Of a stretch of DNA of 64,000 nt, positions 48,107 through 60,213 are shown piece after piece. This DNA comes from Eutreptiella sp. 'Long Island Sound 2002' (Eukaryota; Protista; Euglenida), in the NCBI GenBank assembly GCA_964036045.1, contig OZ038379.1, positions 26,102,001 to 26,166,000 of the forward strand. The letters run 5' to 3'. The translations under genes were made by a program, and so were the position numbers. The notes beneath the pieces were generated by a model. That model had not been told where the DNA came from. It did no database searches and saw nothing but the letters and a program-made list of their open reading frames with translations. How positions within the stretch are numbered: the first letter of the stretch is position 1; each line of letters starts with the position of its first letter.

Positions 48107-49614
48107 CTATGAGGGTGACAGTGGGGGCAATCCCAAACGTCCTCATTGGGAGCAGCCTCCATTGGCGTGGAATGGGCTCCTCAATATTACACATACGCCA
48201 ACCAAGGCCACGCCAACCATTTGGGGATGACATTTATGAGACCATTGAACCAAAAGGTACGAAAAAACCCCCAAAATATCAACTTTTAACGTGTTGCACT
48301 GGACATTTGCTGCAAAATACTCTCCCTGATAACAAATCCCTTGTTGGCCCAACAGACAGCAACACAAGTCTCATGAAAGAAGCATGAAAGGCGCATGGAC
48401 ATGTTCCAAAACTGAGACAGCACAGGCAGCATGCCTCCTGTTGTGTCATTACAGCACAGTAAAACCAGCGTGTGTGATACAGGTTTCAGGAGGCACAGGG
48501 ATGCAACTTTACCATACTCCACGGCAAGAGCATTGGCAATTTGATGTGATCTGATGTGGGATCTCAATTCCTGCGCAAAACGTTCTCTTTAGTACAAAAT
48601 TGACAAAAGATCTGCCATTGGCTGCTGGACACAGAAGTCTCTAATGCACAATCATATCCGCGGTGAATCAGCCTTCTGCCCTGCTTCGGCTGCAACTGTC
48701 CCTTTGGCCTCTTGGCCATCTGACTGCGGAAAAGAAGTTGGGACCCCTTACCAACCAGGCCCAGCAAGTCAGAGGCTTGTACGTCAACTTGGGCATGCAT
48801 GAGAGCACCATTGCTCTACATGGCTCAAATTATTCTGGAAGGCGACTTCACGGAGTAAGGGGATACCATTCTACCCTGAGTCAGTTGTAAAAAGGCTGGA
48901 ACTGGTCTCGGTGCCCATTGCGTCCCAGGAGTTTAGACTCAGGTGCAGCTTCTGGGGTTTGCTATGAGCAACCGCATTCAATTGTGTTTGTGCCTTTGCG
49001 GCAGCCACAACATGTGATGGAAGCGCAGTGCACTACACAATCCATGGCTGGTCTGTAATAATATGTAAATGCACATTCGTCCCTTGAACACAATCAAAAC
49101 TTAACGACAGCAAAACAGGCACCACAGCAATCCTGGTTCAGTGAAAAACAAATGATACTTCTCCAGCCCCCCTGCAGAAACAATGGGGATATTTCAAGGG
49201 GTTGGGGGTGGGTACACTGAAGTACACGGAAAGGGAAAACAACAAACATGTTCAACAGTAACCACGTTCGGCATGGATCAGCCTGGATTGGCTGCTGCAG
49301 TGGATATATTGGGTGCCCACACTTCATCTCTCGTATTTGCTTGATTTGCACAGACCGAATGCTCACGTCCCAATACACGAGATTACTATGACCACCCTAC
49401 AATGTGCCAATATTACTCTGCGGACAAGCAGGACACACGCTGTTCAATCTGCAATATCTGACCACTGTATGTGACGCAGACTTGTGGAGTTTTAATGGCA
49501 GTGCTCACGTGTCAGATATGTACGTATATGCGCGTATACGCATGTACATGTATATGCGCATGCGTATACGCGACGTATACGCGTGTATGTATTGTCATAG
49601 TCATGGTCATAGTC

Positions 49615-50220
49615 ATTCTCAGGAATGGAGGATCATTTATGCTACCAATAAAGGATTTTCCAAATCTCAAAACGGGGCTGCTCAGATGGCGGGCATCACC
49701 TTTCATGCAATGCGAAGTTTACTACTCGGTTGTGTGCTCAGCACTAGCCTGGACCCTATTTTGGCGGCAAGTGGCCAAAGAAAAGGTGCTCTTACGATGT
49801 ATCCTGCCATCCCAACACCCCTTTTTAGGAAATGGAGGATCATTTACACTCCCAATAAAGCATTTTCTAAATCTCAAAAAGCGGTGCTCGGCTGGCGGAC
49901 ATCACCTTTCATGCAAAGCGAAGTTTACTACTTGGTTGTGTGCTCAGCACTAGCCTAGACCCTCATCATGCTGTCTGCTGCATTTACGCATGCATGTCCA
50001 GTCTGTGGACATTGTGCATATTTTGTAGACACTGTGCAAAAGACATGCAGTTACGCATGCATGTCCGGTCTGTGGACACCGTGCATATTTTGTAGACACT
50101 GTGCAAAGACATGTCTACCTGAGTATAGTCTGTAGAGACTGTGCATAGTTTGTAGACACTGTGCACCACAAATAGACGCGGCCTGCTAATTGTAGACACT
50201 GTCGGCATGTTGTAGACACA
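49615..50220. repeat. Tandem duplication (about 207 bp x2) followed by an about 55-60-bp minisatellite
   Basis: AGGA(A)ATGGAGGATCATTTA...GTGTGCTCAGCACTAGCCT at about 49621 and 49828; repeated TTTTGTAGACACTGTGCA units. Confidence 0.8.
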
Positions 50221-51737
50221 AAGAGACAATATTTGGGATCTACTTTGGCCCCCTTCCCTAAAAAATGGTCCGCTAACGGCCTTTACCCGTGCACAAAGGC
50301 ATGAATACGCGTACACCCGTATACGTATGCACGGCGTATACGTGTATAGGTGTATCCACGCGTATACGTACAGTCCTCTCATGTGTAGGCATCTGCTGCC
50401 TATGTGCACAAATGCGTATGCTCAAAGTGTGCAAATATATGGGGTGGCAGGCAGGCAGCTGGTTCTGAAGCGTGTGCTGCGCAGAAACGCACCCCTGAGC
50501 CCACACGACATGTAGACTGATGGCCATTTTTGGCCCAATCTAAATCTCTGAGGCTCATGCATTGTGCGTGGGCAGTTTCAGCCCCTAATGTCTGAAAACC
50601 AGCCCAGAAGCGGGCAGTGCATGGAAGCATAACTGGCACGCAGGTCCCAGAAAAAGATCTGGTTGATTCTTTGCGCCACTTTTCTCGCTTGCGAGTACTG
50701 TGCACTTGTCACAAAATGCACATGCGGCAGAATATTAGATGTGCTACCAGTTCAGACTTGTTGAGCGCTTCCTACATTTTCCCTGGGCTATGGCTTTGCG
50801 GCTTGAGCAATTTGCCATCACTGGGCTGACCATCAAAGTAAAAGCCCAAGCCGCTGCAGAGTGCTGGAAATACGCCGCACAGCCCACGGTGGAGAGCGCC
50901 AGCTGGAGCACTCTCCCTTTCTCCTGGAGGGACATGCGGTGTCCCACATACTATGGCCACCAGATTCAGCATAGCCTGTGATCCTGTATGCAATCTGACC
51001 CCGTTAACCCATGCTGCCGTCCATCCATAATATGGTTCGTCCCTAAACACCCCCCCCCAACACACACACAGACCAGGCAGGACAATGCCATGTCAAGACA
51101 ATGCGGACTGATTGGGAGAGTGAATCAACCCATGCAGTGGGGCACGTGGCATTTGGCACACAGACGATATGCCCATCATTCACATACCACGAATGTGTTG
51201 TGCAATCCCATCATAGTCCCATGGTTGTGCATAGCAAATCCATGATTATGCAGTGCATTCCAACAATGGTGCAGATGACGGCAGCACTGGAGTGGGTGGA
51301 AACACCACCAACGGGGGCATGGATCCCTATGGGAACGCAGACAAGTTTCCTGACAAGTCTCCTGATGGACCCTGCGCTCAATTTTGAGGCCTTTGCTCCT
51401 TGCTGACCCTTCCCCAGCCCCAGCCCCAAGCGGTTGAGGGAAAAACATTGGTTCATTTGTGGCACTGGCAGTACTGACAGCACTAGTGGCAAGAAGTCCG
51501 TGCCCCACTTCCAGTACCTCCGCAGTCGCCCACCACTGGGACCGCTGTGCCCTGTGGGCTGTGGGCGTAGGTGGTGCCTCGGGCACATCTCTGCGTGCAG
51601 ACGCCGGTGCCCGCAGGGAAGCGGATGGCTGTCTCATAATACGCAGCCCACTCTGTCATGATGGTGCGCGCTGAAAATGCTGCTCAGCTGCTGATTGCAT
51701 TACCCCTGCCCCCCCCCCCCCCCTGGGGAGGCGGATA

Positions 51738-52971
51738 GTGTTTTTTTTTTTTGGGAAAAAAAGCCGGGGTGGTTACTGGAAACCTGTAGCCAGAAAAACT
51801 TCCCTTCTGGTGTGCACAAGAGATGACAAATGTGCCTGCTGGCCTGCTGACAACTACGTTGTCGGGATATATCTTGGACACAACAATCTTGTGCAGATTG
51901 CATGGAAAGGTGGGGGCACACAGCTGACAGTGAGGTCATCAGTGAGGACAGTGATATCAGAAGGACCCCAACTACCCCCTGCAGTGCAGAAAACCTGGGT
52001 GCAGGCAGACAATGCTTTTAGCTTGCTGCACACTTTAGCGATGGAGTGCACAGCGACGGATGAAGGATTTCCAATCCGTCTTCTTGGCCTTTCCTATGGC
52101 CCTTGCGAGGCCATTCCCCAGGGGCTGACAGGAAGGTGCCGCGTGTGGGAAACCCAATTCCTTGTTTCAACCCAGTTGATTGTGTTCGTGTGTGGGACTG
52201 GGGGCTGGGAACGTCCCGAACAGACGTGATGCAGAACTGGTGGATGCGGTGAATTCCGGAGCTGACGTGCTGTTTTGCCAGGAAGAGAAGAAACTTGCGA
52301 ATACCAGCTCAGCCAGAAGAGCAATGAGAACAAAGGACACAATTACTTCTCATCCTGGAAAAACAGCATGGCAGCTCCGGGTGTGTCCAGCTGCGGACGT
52401 CGCTAGTCCTGTTGTGCAAAGAACTGTGGGGGACCTTGCGTTGATACTCGGGACCACTGTGAACGGGATGGCAGTGGGGAATAGACACGTGGATTCCCAC
52501 TACCTGTGTCAAAGAAATGGACAAAGTGCGGTGGTGTGGGCACTCCCGACAACACTCGATCGCAAGATTGCAAAAGCAATAATTTTGTTTTACAGATGGT
52601 GGGAATCTGGCAGAGGATGGAGAGTGACCCCAGGAGCCTGAAGTAGGCCCCGCAGAACGCAAATCCGTGTCAGTTTCTAGATTCAAACTGAGATGGATAT
52701 CCCTTGAATGAGTGCTGAGCGTCCAGCCACGTGTGCTGTGTCGAATGGACAGGAATGGATGGGCCGAAGCTGTTCCCACGGTTCCCAAGAGAGTTTAGCA
52801 CGAAGCGTTTGCCCAGCTGTCCGTCATTGGATGCACTGGTTGCTCCCGGATTGCTCTACGCATACCATCATTACACAACACGGAGACTGGAGCAGATCGG
52901 ACGAAGATCGAGTACACCACCCCGAAACGCTTTGGTTTCTGACGGTATGGGACGAATTCATGACAGCATGA
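51738..52971 (+). other. Possible exons of an unidentified gene or TE protein
   Basis: Three adjacent non-repetitive ORFs (51738-52229, 52180-52641, 52708-52971) with protein-like composition and some AG acceptors. No recognisable motif, and splicing was not resolved. Confidence 0.25.
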
Positions 52972-53733
52972 ATTCAGGAATTGACGGTTGCCGGCCCTTA
53001 GCTGTCGGTTGACGTCTGCTCCTGCTTGCTTTCACATTCAGAGCTCGCCGTGCCCATGGCAGAGCTACATTTTAGGGGGGCCATTGAAAGCATGACCGTG
53101 TGGCTTTTATGATTTGGCATTTTCTATCTACGCACGGCATCTACTGCTTCTTTCCACATCATTTTTAACAAATTCTTTGTCAATTACTAAATATGACTGT
53201 GTGCAATACTCTGATGGGCTCAAAACTCCAACCAAAGTGAGCATGGGGATTGGGTGAGTCAGCAAAACTGCCAGCTGGCGCCAAGATGCTTACTCCATGG
53301 AATTGAAAAAGATCTGTGCTCAAGAATTGGACTTGCTTGGGGATTGTGTGGACTCGGGCACTGAACACAGCTGCTTTCACTGTCACAGCAGTGATCAACA
53401 GTTTGGAAGAACCGAGCACTGTGAAAGCGTGGAAACCATAGGAGTTGCAGGGTAGATCGCAGAGGAGTTGCGCTTGTTCAGATGGGCAAATAGTGGGGGC
53501 CACAAAAGTCCTAACAACATCCTGTTCTTCTTGATTGTAACACAGAAACTCACACGCGTGAGGGAGTTAGAGTCCATTGCGAGTTGTGGTAGCCTGTTTT
53601 TGCGTTGGCAGAAGCTCCCAAAGGACTTGAAGGACTTGAATATTGGCACTTAGAAGCGAAATAGCCGGACACGCAAATGCGCATCATTGGCATTTTCCTG
53701 ACTACTAGCATTCTCCTTACTGCTGCTGGTCCG

Positions 53734-54351
53734 CTAACCCCGATACCGGGCATTTCCCCACCCACTCTTCTTGATGACAACGTGGCTTCCGCACCCTCTC
53801 TTGTAGTCTACCTTTGTTGCTGCCGAAAGGGACCACCGCACAATATTCTTTACTGCTTTGCAAGGGGTCACTTGATGTCTGTATGTATGTATGTATGTAT
53901 GGCCATAAGTGAACACCATGCCTTGCAAATGAGAATCGATGAACACGCGACGATTAGACATTTGCCGTTTGCATTTGCAATCATAAGTGCACGTGCCTTT
54001 CAAGACTCTCCAAATTCACACCGGCCGATGAGACAAACATGGGTAAACGCGGAGAGGGAAGCGACAAGCCGCTTGGCCCCAAGCGTACCGATTTCGCACC
54101 CATAGAGCTCGACGGTGTTGACGGTGTGTAGTAAAAGCGCACACTTCTTTGGATGGAAAATGCGAAGGTGGAGAGTGTCGAGAAATCCTTCATTCCCTCC
54201 ACAATGTCGACGTCGGTGAGGTGCCTGCCATTAATGGTGGGAGTGCGCGCCACCACAAGGTTTGCCGTCAAGCGCGAGATATTCTTTTGCGTGACCGTGC
54301 ATTTCAAATGATGCGGTTGTAGCAAGTTCCACGCCCTCGAGCTAACGTGAC
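53734..54351 (-). CDS. Last two exons of an unidentified gene divergent from importin-alpha (54351-54022, 53921-53734)
   Basis: An open, AG/GT-bounded 330-nt exon; a 100-nt GTGTGA...GCAAG intron of compatible phase 1; a second exon reading to TAG at 53734. Upstream exons were not resolved. Confidence 0.45.
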
Positions 54352-55624
54352 CTAGCAATGAAGGAGATGTCGGTCAAATATGAGAGTATGGAAGTTTTTC
54401 TTTCCACCAATCTACACCCAAAAGTCTCTTGAACCTAGCATTGCTTTTGTTTGCGTGGGGCGCGTTATTCCCATAGTAGCAACACCACAAGAAAGTATGT
54501 AGTGCTTTGCGCAACGGTTCACGGACTTGAGACTCTTCGCAAGCGGCATATGGAGGTGAGGTGAGGGCTACTGGGGCCGGCAAGATAGACGTAAATGATT
54601 GCCGGTTGTCATATTTGTCGCATGACATGTCAAGGTGTTGCTTGCCAACCGATTATCCTTTGTCGCTTTTGGCTACCTTCGGGATGGTGCGGGTACAACG
54701 AAAAGTTGAAAAAGCCGTGCAACAAAAAGAGAGGGAAGGGTAAAGGATAAGAATTTGGGGTGAAATCCCATTTGTACAAAACGAAGTAGAAGCGCCCCTT
54801 GCTCCCATCGCCGTCAACGCATACCAAATTGGATGCTCGTCAAGTTTGTCGCGACTTTGCGTTTCCCGTAAACGACACGGTACACGGCTTGGAAGGGAAA
54901 ACTTCTGTGGAATGGAGGATCGTTTAACACGTAGCATGCACTTTGTGAGAATCTACATTGAGAGTAAAACAACACAACAAGTGTGGTTGACGAAGCTGAT
55001 GTTGACCACCCGCTCGAGTCGCCCAACCACACGGGAAAGAAGTCGCTTGCCCCTCCTCTACTTTTTTTGGGAATCCGGCATGAGCGTTCGAACGTTATAA
55101 AGCCCTTGGTTCTCGCAACTGGATTGTGCCCACCGTATTATTCGCGAATTTGTCACGACTACCATTCTTAAGCTTCCCATGTGCTCAGTAGATTTGAAGT
55201 TGAACGTTGCCGCTTTATCGTGGCGGTTGGAGGCATGGCGGATCGAAACGGTTGAAATTGGGTTGGGGCAAGGTGCAAATATGCATAGTTTTGAGTATAC
55301 CCCGGCAAAAAGAACAGGAATGGTACAACGCGAGCACTTACCCACACTGGTCGAGTTCACCTAGCACGAAGCTAGCCACATGTTTGCGTGCCATGTGCAA
55401 ATTCCAGCCTTGGACGAACGCAAAGAAATCCGCATGTATCAACATGGAGGTGGGCAAAAATATATTTTGATCACACTTGGTTGACTTACGATTGCACGCG
55501 GCTTTCAATCTCTTGTCCGTCGTTGCAAAATGGAGGTGCAGCACACAACATGCAGATTTTTCCGATTGTATCCACGATTATTCTTGCCCCAACGTACTTG
55601 CCTTTTTGTCACAAAAGTTTAAAC

Positions 55625-55905
55625 TTTGATTTGAAGTGTGCAGTGTTGCACTAAATCGTCAAATTTCACGCCTTTATTTCCGTACTATTTTGCAAACTTT
55701 CGCACTTTTGCTAGTGTCGAAACCGTGGGACTTTTGTTTCACGGTTTTCTCGCGAATGTGTAAAATTTTGTGTGAAGTGTACAATTTTGCACTAAATCGT
55801 CACATTTAACGCTTTCCTTTGAACCGTGGCACTTTTTTTCGCAATTTGTCACGCGACAGCGTAAAACTTCGCACTCTCGGTTAGGTCCGAAACAAGTGGA
55901 CACGA
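55625..55905. repeat. Degenerate tandem duplication (about 140-170 bp) between the divergent genes
   Basis: GAAGTGT.CA.T.TTGCACTAAATCGTCA.ATTT.ACGC at about 55633 and about 55774. Confidence 0.65.
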
Positions 55906-56704
55906 TGGTTTTTCGCATTGCGACCTTCCATGATCCCCCAATCTTCCCAAACTCAAATTTTCCTCAAACTGGTACGACAACTCGTTAGTTGGGCTTTGCA
56001 CGCGAGCACAAATTCAATTCATGCCAAGAGACCGAGAGAAGCAATGAGTACATGGCGACCGCTTGGTGTTTTCTCATGTAAAAACACAAGTGTATTCTCT
56101 CCCTCGGGCTCCCACAAGGCCCACTCGAGGTGGGCCCCCGGTTGTCAGGACCACTCTGGCTGTCTCATCCCCGTCTTTCGTTGCTTGGACTTTCCCTATC
56201 GTCTGAGGCTGGGTTGCAGCAGGACTGCCTAATGGCTGTCGTCACAAGTGGAGGTCCGGCTACAGACGCGATTCGCTACTGCATCTGACATTGTAGAGAA
56301 ACGAAGATGCAAATGCATGTTTATCTTTACAATCTTCACCATTGAGCCATACGTGGCCAACATTTTGGGGCCTTTTTGCGTCATGTTTGGGCCACCGGCC
56401 TTCAAATTTGGTGTGCAACTCCGTCTAACACTTTGTGAAGTGCACAAGCGTGCACGCAAACAGCAGTGCCGGGCATCTAGCAACTCACTGTGTATGGCGG
56501 TGTGTTGCCACAAGCAATCGCACTTCAATGTGTGTGTACGATAAACACATATTCGGTGTAAATGTGACACAAGGTAAATATCACCCCTCCCTGTGGGGAG
56601 GCCGAAGAGCAACTTCGAAACAGTCGCGCGTGCTACAGGCTTTTGCCTTTGTGGATCAGTTTTACTCAGTTTTTGTGCACATCTCAGTTCTACATGGGCC
56701 TGAC

Positions 56705-56719
56705 ATCTTTTGTTCCTAG
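56705..56719 (+). promoter_or_regulatory. Splice acceptor (pyrimidine tract + TAG) 13 nt upstream of the importin-alpha ATG; 5'-UTR cis- or trans-splice site
   Basis: ATCTTTTGTTCCTAG|TACCTTCTGAAACATG. Confidence 0.5.
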
Positions 56720-56732
56720 TACCTTCTGAAAC

Positions 56733-59700
56733 ATGTACCAAGACCAGGATGGCAAAAAAGGAGGGCGCCAATTCAAGCAAGCTACCAATTTAGACGAAGC
56801 CAAGAAAAGGAGAGAAGAGGCTAGCATTACCCTGAGGACAAAGAATAGGTGCGTGCATCCTTCCAGGACACATGTGCGTTAAGAAGGGAGGGTTGCAGCG
56901 TTAAAGGCGAGGACCTGCTCACCCTCCCTGCCACAGGGATGCCTTGCTGACCAAAAAGCGTCAGACGACAACCTCAGACGTTGCAGAATCTTCGCTCGAT
57001 GGAAAGAAGGACACCGTCATCCTGCAGCAGGTCTGAATGCAACTTCCAACCAAACTCACTGCACCCCGACGTTAAGGCGACCGCTATTCTGACTGCTTCG
57101 TGCGGTTGTTTGCAGCTGCAAAATCTTCCACAACTCGTGCAAGCAATTAACTCTGATGACCAACAAGCTCAACTACAAGCGGCGCTGCACTTCCGTAAGT
57201 TACTGTCCATAGGTTTGTTTTGATTCACTCGTGGCTTCGCCTCGCCTCGTGGGTTGTCAAACGTTCGAGACGACAACGAGGCATATGCCCTTCCTTTACT
57301 AGAGCACAATCCTCCCATCGACGAAGTGATTGCCACCGGTGTGGTACCAAGGCTGATACAATTCTTGAAGTGTGGAGAAAATGCCACCCTGCAGTTTGAA
57401 TCCGCCTGGGCACTGACAAACATCGCGTCCGGAACATCCGAGCACACGCATGTCGTGATTCAAGAGGGCGCGGTTCCAGTTTTCGTCCAACTGTTGAGCT
57501 CCAATTCAGACGAAGTGAAAGAGCAAGTGTGTTTCTGACAGTGTAGCGTTGTGGCAGCTCCTCAGGACGAACGAATTTCCTGGGGCACCTTCTACCATCT
57601 GCGACAGGCGGTCTGGGCGTTAGGGAATATCGCCGGAGACTCCGCTAAGTGCAGAGATTTCGTGCTGTCCTTGGGAGTGCTGGAACCTTTGATTTGCATA
57701 ATTCAATCAAGCCGAAACATAACCATGCTGAGGAATGCAACCTGGACCATGTCCAATTTGTGCCGTGGTAAGCCGATTCCGGATTTCAACCAGGTAAGTC
57801 CTACACCGTACTGCGTGTGCGTCTTTCTGCAGTTGAGAAGCGCAGTTCTTCAGTTTCGGTCCACGACGCAGTTTGCATATTTGTCGCTAAGTTTGAGTGA
57901 TGGAACCCTTGCCTTGTTTTCCGCCACTCATCGAAACCGCCGCACTAAATTTCATTGGACCACTGTCACAGGTGGCGCCGGGCCTTCCCATTTTGGCTCA
58001 GCTGCTGTGGCACCCTGATGAAGAGGTTCTGACGGATGCTTGCTGGGCAATCTCGTACCTCTCAGGTCGACGTTCTCTCCCGTTGCTTGGCCGTGACAAC
58101 ACACCAAACATAGACCTGCCTGCCTGTCTCTTCTTATCCGCTGCTCCTCTGTCGGCACAGCTTGCTGGCGCCGTGGTTTTTTGTTCCTCGGAGAACGCAC
58201 CGTGGTCGAAAAACATTTGTGGTGTCCCGAGAACACGACGTGTCGCAACAGTGAAAGACACGCAACATGTGTCCGCCATGTTTGAGTTGGGTTGGGTTGG
58301 GTCTAGAAGACCCTGCTCTTTTTGAAACAGGGTCACACCAAGTATCTTTCCGTAAAGCCTTTTTTGTGTGCACAATGTTGCGTGTTTTCGTTTTCGTTGG
58401 TGTGGAGCGTTCTGGGGGGAGTATCGGTTGGTAACCCGTCGGGTTGGCGTGTTGATGGTTTACCAACGTGGTTTCTCTCTTGACGCCAAAATGTCTCGTT
58501 GCGTGTCACCATAGATGGTCCCAATGACCGCATCCAAGCCGTGTTGAATGCCAACGTCGCACCAAGACTAATTGAGCTACTCATGTATGTGGCATGCTAG
58601 ATTCGGTGGACTGGCGTGGTAGGAATCTCGGTTCGGTTGTTGTAATTCCATTGCGCTTTTGCATGTTCTGAATATTTCACAGGTCGGCCCACACGTCTGT
58701 TCAAACTCCAGCGTTGCGGACCATTGGCAACATCGTCACAGGGAATGACAAACAGACACAGGTGGTGATTAATGGCGGCACGCTGCCATGTTTGCACTTC
58801 TTGTTGTCCCACCCCAAGAAAAGCATCCGGAAGGAAAGTTGTTGGACTATTTCAAACATTACTGCAGGCAACCAAGAACAGATTCAGGTACATTCTGCTG
58901 TTTCATTGACATGTACGAAGGGGTGTGATTCATCATCTGTCACGCCGCATGTTGCAACGTGGTTGCCCCAAAGAGTCAGAGTCGTGGATGCCGAAAAGGC
59001 GGACAGCGTTCACGTTCATCCGTTTTGTGCAGAGCATCATCAATGCCCATCTCATTCCTCCGTTGATTCAACTTCTTTCGACTGCCGAGTTTGAAGTGCG
59101 CAAAGAGGCTGCTTGGGCAATCAGCAATGCGACGTCGGGCGGTTCGCCTGAACAGATCAAGTGTGTCACAAAATTCCGGAACTGCACATTGCCCCACGTG
59201 GAACATGTTTGTTTTACTGTGGGTTGCGGACGCTTTTATCCAAAAGCCCTGCACAACCGCAAGTGAATCGGCTGTGCATTTGTTGCTTGTTTTGATGCAT
59301 GCAGGTATTTGGTGGAACAGGGCTGCATTCTCCCACTGTGCGAATTGTTGAGCGTTCCTGACGCAAAGATGATCAACGTGGCGCTCGAAGGCCTGGAGAA
59401 CATTCTCAGAATGGTGTGCCCAACCCGTTCAGTGGAGCTTCATACAAATCCATTTTGGCCCCTCCGTTCTGGGCTCCGAATTCTCCTATCCGTTTTGCCA
59501 TACGTGTTTGCATGGCAACTTTCCCAACAGTTTCTCAACCCAATTTTGCGTCCATCGATGTGGGGGGTGCTCGGTGAAACAAAGGTTTTCAGAGCCCTGA
59601 ACTTTTTTGCTGGTCTTGGTATCAAGGTTGCGACGGGCAATGCGGGTGTTCTGAAGCTGTTCTCCTGCTCGTCACGTTTTTTTTCTTTTTTGCAGGGTGA

Positions 59701-60213
59701 GGACGAAAAGACAAAATTGAATGCGCCAGTCAATCAATTTGCACAATTGGTCCAAGAAGCCGGTGGTCTGGATAAGATTGAAAGTTTGCAAAACCATTCG
59801 AACAACGAGATCTACGAGCACGCTGTAACAATATTGGACCAGTTCTTCGAGGTGGAGGTATGCATTATCTCTTTGCATTGCGCGTGACGCCAAAGAGATT
59901 TTTTTCTTTTCAATGACGATGTCGCGCTGTGGTGCATGTCCCAGCTGGATTGCAGTAGTCCCCCGCTTGATTATTTGTCAAGAATTGGCACTGCCCTTCG
60001 GAGCAGTGCATTTAGAACATTCCAACTCAAATTTGCACCGCTTTGTGCATTTGTGGACCTTTGTTTCCTGCATGTAACAATTGTGACAGCCACGCCGCTT
60101 CCATTTCCTTGCAGGATGAAGATACTGCTGTCGCAGCAGAGACTAACCCATCTGGCAGTGCATTCCAGTTCGGTCAACCAGGAGGTGGCCAGCAGCCATT
60201 TTCATTCACTTAA
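56733..60213 (+). CDS. IMPA: Importin subunit alpha (karyopherin alpha), 12 exons, 527 aa
   Basis: Exons 56733-56848, 56937-57030, 57116-57212, 57303-57526, 57608-57793, 57972-58065, 58515-58584, 58683-58887, 59033-59160, 59305-59413, 59696-59857 and 60115-60213 total 1584 nt in one frame, with all introns GT-AG. IBB motifs (KKRREE..LR, LLTKKR) and ARM repeats ([75 protein letters not shown]). Confidence 0.97.
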
